Assembly (NCBI GenBank): GCA_003990765.1
Contig: RBNJ01000010.1
Span: forward strand, 1-64,000
Direction: 5' to 3'
Source of the DNA: Jimgerdemannia flammicorona
Taxonomy: Eukaryota
DNA: 64,000 nt
A program made the translations under genes and the position numbers. Each line of letters opens with the position of its first letter. Positions within the stretch are counted from its first letter, which is position 1. Of the stretch, positions 24,146 to 36,570 are shown in pieces. The notes beneath the pieces were generated by a model. The model made no database searches and was not told where the DNA came from. It saw only the letters and a list, made by a program, of their open reading frames with translations.

Positions 24146-27100
24146 TATAATAGAATGAATGAATGAGATATAACATACAATAAGTGATCACATGTTCTGG
24201 TGATGACATCATAATTAAGCATAATATATAAATGACAAATATAATAAATATAATGAATGAATGATGTGAATAAATAATATTCAGCTTATCTCCTGCAATC
24301 AGTACTATAGCAACTAGTACCATAGTAACTAGTACTATAGTAACTAATCATTGTCTAACAATAAAGGTCATAATTACAAACATTACCATAGTTATCAAAT
24401 TAGTCACTTATACTTAATCTGAAATTACAAACCAACTTGTATAAATATCTCCCAGTTTCTATCTAAAATAAAGCAGTTTTAGTTCAGTCCTTAATATAAT
24501 AATCAAGTTTCTCTCTCTATACATATATTCTCCTGAGTCTTAGTAATAATATTTAAGTAACTCTAGTATTTCTGACTAAACTTCAGAAGTCTAGCTAACT
24601 TCTGCCAGAACTGAGACTAATATATAAATTACAAAGACTTAAGTAAACTCATTGAACCTGAATTCCAAGGCAAATTCAGTCTATGTATAACAAAGAATAA
24701 GTTTCTTACAACTATAGTTAATAAGAAGGGTACTATCACTATAACTACTTTTAAGTAAATATTTCTTCACACCAAAGACTTCTTAGTATATATTATATAC
24801 TAAGTCTCTAAGTAATATCTTGTTTCTCTAATTATCCAAAGAATAAAAGAGAAGTAGAAATAAGAGTTATTATAACTTAGTAGTAGTAGAATTATCAATC
24901 CAAAAAGACATCAAGAATACACTTCTGAGAAGTTAGAATAAGACCAACCTTGGATAGCCCTAGAATCAACTGTAGATTCCCTAGAAATAAACCCCCAAAC
25001 TAGAGCTAGACAAGCTATTACTATTAGAACTAGGTGGTATCAGGAAACTATTGATCCAGAAATCCATCAGCTAGTAATTGACCAGATATACAGAGATCTA
25101 TATGAGGCCTTTAGGACTTTCTACCCAGGTCTTAAGAATATAGTCAGCTACTGTAGATTCTACATACTTCTCTATAACCACCTTAGAACTACTAGAATCC
25201 AAGAATCTACTATTATAGTCATCTAGAAATTTTTAAACTATATCTTATCCCATATAGTAAAAGAAGCAGCTACTAAGTAGATGGCATCTGATAGATATCA
25301 TCATACTTCTACCAGGACCTCTCTCTACTATAGACTAGTTATTTACTATGCCTCTGCTATAACAAGATATGATAACAAGCAAGCAGGATACCCACCCCCT
25401 ACTGCAGGTCCATCTATCTAGCCAGAATCTGATATCCTCTTTGAAGGACCTAGTTAATATGAGGATGCACTATCTCATCAGAGAAGAGAGTCAGATGAAG
25501 ACTCAGAAGAATATTAGTCTGATGATAGCTAATAAGAAATAGTAGGCCTAGAAATTTACCAAGGACCTACAGGTCAAGAACATCAGACCCCAGAACCAAT
25601 CCAGCCACCTATACAGAGGTTTGATTTACCCTCTCTTACAGGACTGTTTGATCTGATCTTTGAGAACCAAGTAACTCCAAGTCATATAGCACTATAACCT
25701 CACTAAGAAGAACAATCTTTAGAAGAATCTACCTCCATAGATCCACCACTAATAGTCAATATAATAATAGATACCAATATTGCAGCCCTGACTACCCAGC
25801 TGGCTATACTAGCAGAGATAGTAGAACAAATTGCCATATAGAACAAAATCAACCAAGACCTTGTGAATTCCTACCTTTAGTAGAAGAAATAGTAATATTG
25901 AGACCTTCATCAATACAGTTGATACAGAGTACTGAGCAAACCAATGGAATGATAACTGAGTATCTACAGAAATACTCACCAACAATCAAGACAATATTCT
26001 TCAATAGCTATTTGCAATATTAGTAGCATAAATAGAAACAGTAGCCATATTCTTTACTAGAATAGCAGCTGAGTTCTAGTGTACTTTAGAAGAATATTCA
26101 GTAACTTAGAAAGACTACTCTCAAGTCAATAGACAGACACTTGCCCATAACAGACTAGGTTGAGATGACCATACAGCAGGCCCAGGACTCAAGGCTTTGC
26201 TACTGACCAAATTCCAAAATATAGCCTATATATAAGAAATATGAAACAAATTAGCTCAGATGAAGTTCTATAAGAATAGTAAGGAGAATCTAGAAACCTT
26301 TACTACTAAGATAGATGTCTACCTCAAAATTATGGAACTTACCTACTAGGAAAACAATTTGGCCATTAATGATACTAGAGCTAATCATCTCTTTACAGCC
26401 CTACCAGACTGACTCACTCAGAAGATTAAGGAATAAGGTCCCCCCCAAGGATGTCTCCACTACTTATAGTACTTTGCCCAGATACATATGATATAAGGCT
26501 ACCATCCCCACTAAGACCTATTCTACTGATACTGGATATAACCTCTATAGTAGCCAAGACCTCACTATATGACCAAGTACCAATGCTATAATATATTCTG
26601 GAATTGCAATATAAGTCTCCAAAGAAACATACATTCATCTTGCTGAATGAAGTAGCCTGGCCAAAGAATTCAACATTGGACTAGAAGGAGGAGTAGTTAA
26701 TTAAGGATTTACTGGTGAAATTCATATTATCTTGTAAAATTTTGAAGATATCTCATTTGAAGTCAAAGTAGACCAAAGAATTACCCAAGCAATTATTGAA
26801 GAAATCCATCAAGATCTCTCCATTAAAGAAGTTCCTAAGCTCTCCCAGACAGACTATAGCAAGAAAGGATTTAGATCAACCAACAAACCCCCTAGTCAAA
26901 AGTTTACCACTATGAAGGAAGATGATGAAAACTAGTACAAGAGAATTATAGATAGTTATGTATCATATAGATGATGCCCTCATTCTATCCAAATGTACTG
27001 CATGGAATATATTAGTAAATACCATACATACCTCTCCAAAGTTTTCAGAATCCAATCTGAAAAATACCAAGTTCAATAGACTGAGGAACTTAAACAAGAC

Positions 27101-29963
27101 CACTCTTCTTATAAAGGATGGAAAGAGACTGACTTTGAGGAGACTGACAGCAATTGGAACAATGAGAATGAAGAGCTTAACCCTATCAAGAAGGAGGACA
27201 GTTGCATTAAGTTCACAGGCCAAGTTCACAGACAGAATGTCAATATCTTACTAGATAGTAGTACTATTGAAAACTATATCAATACCAAGACTACCAAGCC
27301 AAAGCAGACCAGCTACTAAAAAAAGGAGTGTTATCTTTAGTGATGGCAAGACTGCATCCTTGACTAAGATCTGTAAGGACCTATTGCTCAGGATTGGTAA
27401 ATATTAAGAAAGTTAGACTTTAGTATCATAGATCTCTCAGGACAAGATATTATTCTAAAAAAGGTCTAGTTGACCCAGTATAACTCAGACATCAACTGAA
27501 GGCAGAATGATCACTCTGATACCCCAAGAAGATATCAACTATCAAGGAATTGAGATCATCTCTACTATTCAAATGAAGAGACTCTCTTATAAAAAAGGAA
27601 ACACATACTTCATCTATATTGTACAAGAAGTCACTGAAGTCCTGAGTAGCTCAATCTCACTAGAAGCTCAAGAATTGTTTAAAGAATTCCAAGATATATT
27701 CCAGGAATCTCAAGGACTTCAACTCAAGTACTAAATCCAATATGAAATTAATCTTATTCCAGGATCTGAATCTTCATATAAGAGTATCTACTAGCTGATC
27801 TAATCTGAACTCAAGATTCTCAAGAATAAGTTGACCAAACTACTGGTCTAAGAATATATTAAACCCAGCTGCTCTCTATTTGGAGCCCCCATTCTGTTTA
27901 TCAAGAAATTGACTATAGAGCTCTCAATAAGATCACTATCAAGAACTAGTATATCTTGCCTAGAATTGATGAGTTGCTATATCAGATCTTCAAGGCCAAG
28001 ACCTTTTCTCTACTGAACTTGTGAAATAGTTATCACTAGATTCTCATTAATGAGAAGAATATTTACCAGTTCCAAGTCATGCCTTTTGATTTGACCAATA
28101 TACTAGTAATATTCCAGTATCTAATAAATGATATCTTTGGACTACTGCTCAATATTTGTATCCTTATATATATTGATAATATACTAATCTACAGTGAAAG
28201 AGTAGAGCTATACTATGTATATCCACCTCAGGCAGGTACTGATCCTTCTACAAGAATATCAGCTCTATGTTAAGATAAGTAAGTATAAGTTCTATCAAGA
28301 CCAGATTGAGTATCTAAGATATATCATCTCTGCTGAAGGTATCAATGTGGACTCCCAAAAGGTATCAGCTCTCAAGAATATTCCTATCTCCACTACCCTC
28401 AAGCTACTCTAGTACTTCCTGGATATTGCAGGTTACTACTGAAGATTTATCTAAGAATACTCTACTATTGCAGCCCCACTGACCAGTTTGACCTACAAAG
28501 GAGTGAACATCAAGACTGAATGGACCCTTGAGTATACTTAGACTATGGATCATCTCAAGAGACTCCTTACTGAGGCCTCAGTGCTAATTGTACCTAACCC
28601 TATTAAGCTATTCACTCTGACCACAGATGTCTCTAATATTGCTATTGGGGCAGTATTCAGTCAAGATCATCTAGTGGTCTATCTCTCTCAAAAGCTTAAG
28701 CCAGCAGAGACCCAGTATATTACCCATAAGAATAATTGTCACTATACTCCAAGAATGGCACTATTTCCTTCTAGGACAACCATTTGTAACTTATACTGAT
28801 TACTATACTCTGTGGTATATTCACAAACAGCCCATGCTGACTTACAGATAAGTCTGTTGAATGGAAATTATTACTAACTTTAATATAGAAATCAAGTATA
28901 TCTCAGGCAAAACTAACCATATGGCTGATGGTTTCTCTAGATACATAGAAGATAAACTTATCTTCATGGTTGAGATAATTAGATATCTCACTCAAATGAT
29001 CAAGAATAACTACCAATAGAACAGCCCTCTGGTGAAATTCCTTTAATTCTGTTAAGACCCAGAGGCTGAGATCCTAGAATCTATGGGGCAAATGTCTAAA
29101 AGGTTTACTTACTATAATAGACTTATCTATAGAGATCATGATAGAGTGGTTGTACCTAACAATAATACTCTGTAGCTCAAGATCATACAGGAACTCCATG
29201 ACACTCCTGTAGTAGGATACTTTGATTTTGAGAAGATCTACAATCTCCTCTCAAGAGAGTTCTACTGGCCAAAGATAACTAAGGATATCAAAGAGTTTGT
29301 AGCCTTATATAAGATATACTAAAGATTCAAAAGTGATAACAAGCTATCAGTAGAACTTCTGCAATCCCTGCCTATCCTGAGTTATAACTAGGATTAAATT
29401 GCCATGAACTTTATTATCCAGCTTCTCAAGACTAAGATAGGATGAGATACTATTGTAGTTTTTATAGACTATCTGAGCAAATAAGTCTATTTTATATCCA
29501 TCAAGATCACTGCCATAGTACCAGAGATTGCCAAGATCTTTCTCAATCAAGTATTCAGACTATATAGTATGTCTAGTATCATTGTATCTGACCAAGATGT
29601 CAAATTTACAAGTAACTTCTAGAAGGTATTCTTCTTCCTCCATAGGACCAAACTGAAGTTCTCTACTACCTATTACTCCCAAACTGATGGTCAGACTAAG
29701 TGAACCAATAGGATCCTTAAGTTGATGCTCAGTATCTTTTGCTATTATAAGTAGAATGATTGGGACAAGTATCTAGCCTATACTAAGTTTGCTTATAATA
29801 ATAGCCAGTAAACTTCTATAAAGAAGACCCCATTCTTTCTTAATCATGGTCAATACTCAAGGACCCCAAGCACTACTACAAAATCAGTTATCCCAGTAGC
29901 CTAAGATCTGGTCAAGACTATTTCTGATCTTATACAAATGACAAGAAATACTCTCATAAAAGC
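24146..29963 (+). mobile_element. Chromovirus-type Ty3/gypsy D, 5' part (LTR 24146-24874, long 5' ORF, gag, dUTPase, PR, RT, RH, IN)
   Basis: LTR matches the reverse complement of 33484-34235; decayed PBS at 24878; LLDSS, YIDN, TTDVSN, LHDTPVVG and QTDGQT motifs. Confidence 0.9.
26485..26885 (+). pseudogene. dUTPase of D (between gag and protease)
   Basis: DTGYNLYS...SGIAI...(R)SSLAK...GGVV..GFTGEI...RITQAII...KKGFRST. Confidence 0.88.
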
Positions 29964-30633
29964 ATATAGTAATAACTAGTATCTTATATATCAGAAGTTT
30001 ACTTTGGGACCCCAGAACCAGCAGAACATCTAGTAAACAAGAAGTATACCAAAATGAAGCTACTAGCTGAGATCAAATATCTCTTAGTTAGTTAGTCTGA
30101 TAATAGACCCTTTGTTCTATATGAGGATAGCCAGTCTTCACCAATACACTGATATAAATTTTGAGAAATTTTGATTAAGTATATTTAGTCTTATATAACT
30201 TAAGTACTCAATAAGAATATTAGTTCATAAGAAGGAAGAGATATAACAATTTCATAGTTATATTTTAGTCTTAGTACTTTTTTATACCTTTTCTCTAGTC
30301 TATTCTTACATATCTTTTCTTAAATATTCTACTATATTCCAACACCTTCCAAATACTTAGAAATCTTCTCTTAATACTAAGATATCACTAGAATATTCTT
30401 ATCTTTTCTTGGTACCAAGTATCTTATCTTAGCTAGTTATAGAACCTTTTGGAATATTGTAGAATTCTATTAATCATCTTTGCCAAAAACTTATTTCTAG
30501 GGGTTTTTCTTTTTTTCTAAGATCTTTCTGGATCTTTCTTTCAGATATTATATAAATATCCTTATTATTTACTTAGACTTACTAGAATTACTAAATTTAG
30601 CTACTTTCTCTTAAAGAAACTAGAACTATTATA
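29964..30633 (+). mobile_element. 3' end of element E (PPT and 3' LTR 30242-30633), displaced by the inversion
   Basis: LTR is the reverse complement of 52786-53253; PPT AAGAAGGAAGAGA; flank ATAAT versus ATAGT at the 5' LTR. Confidence 0.85.
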
Positions 30634-31121
30634 ATAATCATAGAATTCTATACTAACTATAGTCTTGAGATCAAATATAAGTATATTCTATGTAGATTAT
30701 TAGAGAGAGTTAAGTATATATAATACTAAGACTGATATAAGGTAAAGTATATAGAATATTGATATCTAAATATATAGTATATTTCAAAACTGAACTAATG
30801 TTTTATTAAATTTTTTATTTTAATTATTTAAATAAAATACTTTATATAAATATATTATAGTTTTATTTTAGAGATATTTAAAAATATTAAATTTATTATT
30901 TTTGAATTTTTATTTTATCTTTAAAAAAAAATCTAAAAAAAAAAAAATATATTAGTTCAATTTTAGAATGAAATTATTTATAAATATTCTTTATTTAATA
31001 AACAGAGAATAAATTGAGATATATATTTAAAACTTATTATAATTATTTTTTTAATATTTCTCTACAATCTTATATAATTTATTTTTTAAAATCTTATTTA
31101 TTTTATCTTTTATAACAAATC

Positions 31122-33483
31122 TATAATAAAACTATACCAATAGAATTAATATATTGTAGATAGTCAATGGTGACTATCAGCTCTAAGTTCTAAGTTCTTG
31201 AGAAAGTACTAAGTTTCAGTTATCTAATATGACAGAGTCTAAGTAATGCTTTTGATTTTAGTATTAGTAGAAATGGCCATGCTTATATTCTAAGTTGATC
31301 AGGCTCAGAATTATTAATAAGTTGGATCTGAGGAGTTTCTGTAATAAGAATACTACTTTATTTTTATATTCAGAAAAAGTAGAGCCAAGATTATAACATA
31401 CTTAGTATAGAGAGTATTTATATATATTTGAGGCTATAACTAAATATAGTGCACTAGATATATCTATATACAGTTATACTACTTTGGATAACTATGACTA
31501 CTAGTTGGAAATTCTATTGAAATTTTCATAGAAATTTCTATTGGAAATTCCAGAGGCTTATAATGATTTATTATATCCTTCTTTTCTTTGCTTGAGTCTA
31601 CTTATTAAACTTAGTACTAAACTCTAGGTATTCATCAAACTAGAGGGCAGTATACTAGACTACTTGAAAAGCAATCTCACTCTATTGTTTATTACTCAAA
31701 TTAATAATATTCTCAGGAGATACTTTATAGAGATAGTTAAGGACTTGAGGTCTGATACAGAAAAGGACATAGAGTTATTTGGTAACTATGTAAGTATAGT
31801 TATCAATAAAAAGATAGATTTACTACTTGGCAGTACTGAGGGTAGCTTTTGACAGATAAGATATTCTATATTATAGTACTTCTTAAGTTCTTATTTATAG
31901 TAGAAAGTCTAGAAATATTATATTCTTTCAAGATATTATTGGGCTTCATTTAGATCAGAGTCTCCAGAGATATGTATGTTAACAGATAGTAGTTCAGTGG
32001 AGTTCTATTGGTATTCAATTGCTCTAAGGACTGTAATAGTAATCTTATTTTTGACTTGTTCTTAGTATTATTACTGAGTATTCATATTAGAGGTAGAGTT
32101 ATCTATATAGAATTATTTCAGAATATTTATACTTCTTTTTACTGGAATTATTTAGAAATATAACTGTCTTTTGAAAATTTTATCAAAATTTCCATTATAC
32201 TAGGTATCTGTATCAAATTACTACTTCTTCTATATTTGGTAAAAGATTATCTTCTTTTTTCTAGATAGTATTATATTTAGAGTATCCTTTCCATTTTATA
32301 AGATAGTACCAGATGGGCTTGACAGCTTATCCAAATTAGTAATCCTTATGATCTAAGATGTAGTTGACTTTATATTCTGTTTGCTGATTGATGATTATTG
32401 GATCTAGGGGTAGTATGACTCTTTTTTTGAAAATGTTCAGAGTATATAGCTATAGATGTGATATATAGAACACTGGGTGAATTATCTCTAGTATTGCTGG
32501 GAGATCTAACTTATATACAATAGGTCTGTATTTTTTAAGAATCTTAAATAATCTATATAGCAGAATCCGAGTTTCTTTTTAGGACCTATATTACTCAGAG
32601 TCAGATGCTAGGTACTAAGTAATACTTGTTTTCTATTTTTAACTTCTTTTCTATTTTTGTCAGCATATACTGCTTGTATTTTTTGTGCTTCTATGAGAGT
32701 ATCTAATACTTGCTAGATGTTATCTTATATAGTATCAGTGATTTCTTATTCTATTAGTACTATAGTTCAGGTGGTAACTATAGGAGTTCATGAGTATTGT
32801 CCATAGTTCAAGTAAAATTATATCATCTTAGTACTTATACTTAAGCTGTTATTATATATAAATTCAGCTAGAGTTAGCTTTTTATCTCAATTATTTTACT
32901 TATAGCTATAGTAGATACTGAGTATCTGCTTCAGAGTTTGATTGGTTCTTTCTGTCTGGCAATCTGTTTGTAGATAGTATGCTGTAGATATTTTCAATTA
33001 TACTCCTAGGCTCTTGAAGAGTGCTTGCTAAAAGTTACTTATAAATTTTGCATCTCAGTTCAAGATAATTACTAATAGTAGTCTATAAAGGTGGAATATA
33101 TTATTGATAAACAGCTGTACTATTTTTGATACTATTACTATAGTTGTTATTACAACAAAGTGGGCTTACTTACTGAGGTGATCAATTAAGATGATAATTG
33201 TATCTCTTCCCTTTTTAGTTTTTAACAACTAGATAATAAAGTCTATTCTCAATTTCAGATAAGAATTGGTAGCAGCTGTAGAGTACCAGCTGGTGTCTAA
33301 TTGCTAGATTTATACCTTTGACAGATATTGCAGAATATAATATAGTTCTTGATATTGAATATCATTTTAGATCAATAAAAGTCTTGGGCAATATGTTAGT
33401 ATATCTTATCAAAACTCATATATCTAGCTATAGGTATATCATAGAGTTCTTATAGGATTCATAAGTAGATAGAAGTATCAGAG
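31122..33483 (-). mobile_element. 3' part of C-right (integrase, chromodomain, ORF-X, PPT, complete 3' LTR 31122-31575), inverted
   Basis: Minus strand reads IL(Q)ELYD...QTDCQTERTN...YLIKWKGY; LTR matches 12070-12440 and 12435-12817. Confidence 0.88.
31598..32085 (-). pseudogene. ORF-X accessory gene of C, with upstream TATA-like box (32124-32132)
   Basis: KITITVLRAIEYQ(W)NSTELL...KYYNI.YLI...K(R)LYVLF...KVSPENI aligns by eye with ORF-X of B; one frameshift. Confidence 0.78.
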
Positions 33484-36252
33484 TGTAATAACTCTTATTT
33501 CTACCTCTTTTTTATTCTTTGAATAATTAGAGAAATAAGATATTATTTAGGAACTTAGTACACAATATATACTAAGAAGTCTTCAGTATGAGGAAGCACT
33601 TGCTTGAAAGTAGTTATAGTGATAGTACCCTTCTTATCAACCATAGTTGTAAGGGACTTGTTCTTTGCTATGCATAGACTGAATTCATCTTAGAATTTAG
33701 ATTCAATAAGTTTACTTAAGATTTATATACCAGTCTCAGTTCTGGCAGAAGTTAGCTAGACTTCTGGAGTTTAGTCAGAAATACTAGAGTCACTTAGATG
33801 TTATTACTAAAACTCAGAAGAATATATGTGTGTAGAGATAAACTTGATTCTTATATCAAGGACTAAACTAAAACTGCTTTATTTTGAATAAAAACTAAGG
33901 GATATTTATATAAGTTGGTCTGTAATTTCTAACTAAATATAAGTAACTAATTTGATAACTATGGTGATATTTATAATTATAACCTTTATTGTTAGACAAT
34001 AGTCAGTTATTATGGTGCTGGTTGCTATGGTGTTGGTTACTGTGGTGCTGGTTGCTATGGTACTGGTTGCTGTGATACTAATTGCTAGAGATAAGCTGGA
34101 TATCATTTATTTGTATTATTCATTCATTATGTTCATTATATTCATCATTTATATGTTATACTCAATTATGATATTATCACTGGGTTTACATAATTGCTCA
34201 TTATATATTATATCTCATTTGTTTATTTTATTATATCTTTCTCTCCATAAAAGTCAATATCTATATTGATTTGAAAATTGAGAACTAGGGGAGAGATATC
34301 TTCCTCATCATCCTCCTTAGTAATATTGCTATCCTCACTAGAGATTGGGGGAGTAGTTGCTGATGGCTCAATGTCAAGAGTGGAGAAGTCAATGAAGTTT
34401 GCAAATAGTTCTTGAACTGAGATAAGTAGTAGAGTAGGAGTTCTCCATCTAATATAGTTGGGGCCATCTAAGTAGGGTTCTGGGTCCTTATGTCTAGGGA
34501 TATTAATTCAGATAGACAGTCCTTTAAAGAGATCAGAGAGACCTTAGAACCATTGGTCTGAGTTATTATTCAGGAGGGGGCTCTAGTAGGGTTTGCAGTC
34601 AATAGACTTGAGAGTAATCCAGAAGTTAGCTTATTGGACAACCTTAATCTCTAGTTCATCAACCTCAGAAAAGAGGAGGTTCTGGAAGTTCTTCAGTTAT
34701 ATAGTTGAGGTTGGAGATTGCAAAAAGTATATGGCATATAATTTGATAGATCTTTTTGGCTAGTCTTTGCTCATGCCTGTCCAGGTTAGTCTAGTCTGAG
34801 ACCTGGTCAACAGGTAGGCCTTTAGTATGTTGAAGAAGTTGATGGCTAATTTTATATTTATATCAGATTTTTAGGTAGCTAGTAGCAAGGTAGGCCCTTT
34901 TGATGAGTTCATAGTAGTTAAGAATATACTGTCCTAGGTCCTAGCTAGAGAGGTTAAGGGCCTCAGAGTAGCAGTTTCTTTCTTAGATAGTAATCTGGAT
35001 ATGTCTAAAGAGACAGTCAATCTGACTTAGGAGAGACTGGCTATGGTGGGCTGTTTGGCAGCAGGTAGCAGGCATTCTTATTTTGTCTTTTCTTTGGAAA
35101 AGAGGAGAGAGAGATGGGAGTTGTAGTATGTTCCTACCCTAGATATTTATACTTGTTTACCCATCTGATGTGACTTCATTTTAATCATATTTTTAGGGAA
35201 AAAAAGATATAACCTATTGCTGTAAGTGAGACATATACTGGTCATATGAGAAAATACTAATTTCAAAGATATCACTACATTACAATTGTGGTTACATAGG
35301 GTTGACAGATCTTGGTCTTCTTTTTTTTTTCTTTATCAGTATATTTACAAGGACTGGTCATTCTTATCTAGGGTGAGGGCTCTCATTGTTGTAGCTGAGG
35401 GTTTGAACCTTTTGGAAATAGTATTTCTTATAATCTAAGGTAATTTCTAGTAATAATATCTGTCATGTGGATGGACTTGAGATTGGTTCCAACATTGTTG
35501 GCTTTCTTGAGTTCTATATGAAGTATCTATTACTCTCTAATAGAGATGATACAGATGGTATGAATAGAGTTATTCAAATGTATTTTGCTGCACCTTACTG
35601 GGTTATTCTTTACCTAAGTATCCTCTTGTTGATTAATTATAGTATTCCTTTTCTTATAATATTTGGTATTATATATTCTGGATACATAACTATATATTAT
35701 CTTTTTTGTTTGCTATGTATACTAGGTTTAGAGCTATAGTTCCTTTCTCTGCTGAGGAGTAAGTATTTCCCATATAGTCCTGAAGGGCTTCATGTGTATT
35801 CTCCAGTACTTCTTCCTTTTTCCAGATAGTGTCATGAGTGGAATAACCCTTTCACTTAATAAGGAAAAACTACTTAAACTGCTTTGATATGTTTGCAGAT
35901 ATTGTGGTCAAGTACTTTTTCAATTTCAAATTTCTTATAATTATTGATTCTAATTGAGAGTAGTGGTGGAACTGTATATTTGAAGAATGGGTTTATATAG
36001 TAGTCCACTAGTTGGCTAATATAGAATACTGGGTGTACTTGAATATTATAGGGGAGTTGTAACTTATAGTTAATTTTACTGATTTTTTCCACAATCTTAT
36101 ATAGTCTAATTCTTCTAGTATAGAGTTTCTTAGCTAGTTGCTATGCCAGGGTGTCTGGATAGAGATGGTCTGTTTTAAGTATGACTATGTTACTAATATT
36201 ATAAGAGACTTCCCTTTACTTCAAGTTTACATGCTTAGTCTGATAGTTCTGG
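33484..36252 (-). mobile_element. 3' part of D (IN C-terminus, chromodomain, extra 3' ORFs, PPT, 3' LTR 33484-34235), inverted
   Basis: VHPVFYISQL...FEIEKVLDH...LIK(W)KGY; PPT GGAGAGAAAGA; joins in frame to 29963. Confidence 0.88.
34240..35075 (-). pseudogene. ORF-X accessory gene of D, with upstream TATA-like box (35144-35152)
   Basis: Collinear by eye with the LTR ORF of A over nearly its full length; small frameshifts; 3' end approximate. Confidence 0.82.
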
Positions 36253-36570
36253 GTCATCAATAATCCAAAGAAGTTACTATAGGGATTGAGCAATATATTT
36301 TGTCTTGAAGTCTTGAACTAGGTCTTAGAAGTTCTTAAGATTAACCAGTGGTTTCCAGTCAGTATCATATTCAGGATAATCCATCTACTTGACTAGGTAT
36401 TCAGAACAATAGTAATAAATTTATTTATTAAGAATTTTCTCAACTTTATACTTAATATAGTCTTTAATAATTATAGGGATAGATGGCTTGAAAATTTGAC
36501 CAGAGTAAGATAGTGACTGGTTTCAGATCTTGAGGTATAATATATAAAAGACTGGGTATACTCTTATGGT

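Noticed and set aside
30760-31121. Extremely AT-rich tract as centromere or origin element
   Set aside because: No diagnostic motif; consistent with end-stage C>T decay of older repeat DNA.
33630-33655. Apparent LTR end plus PBS (CTTACA-ACTATGGTTG) inside D's repeat
   Set aside because: Similarity between the two copies continues to 24874/33484, where the actual CA end and PBS lie.
34012-34269. ORFs with MVLVA repeats (also 24135-24323) resembling membrane peptides
   Set aside because: Translation of the 15-bp tandem repeat in D's LTRs.
35320-35345. Poly(T) run as inversion breakpoint or LINE tail
   Set aside because: The minus frame reads through it, there is no target duplication, and the breakpoint maps to 36252/36253.
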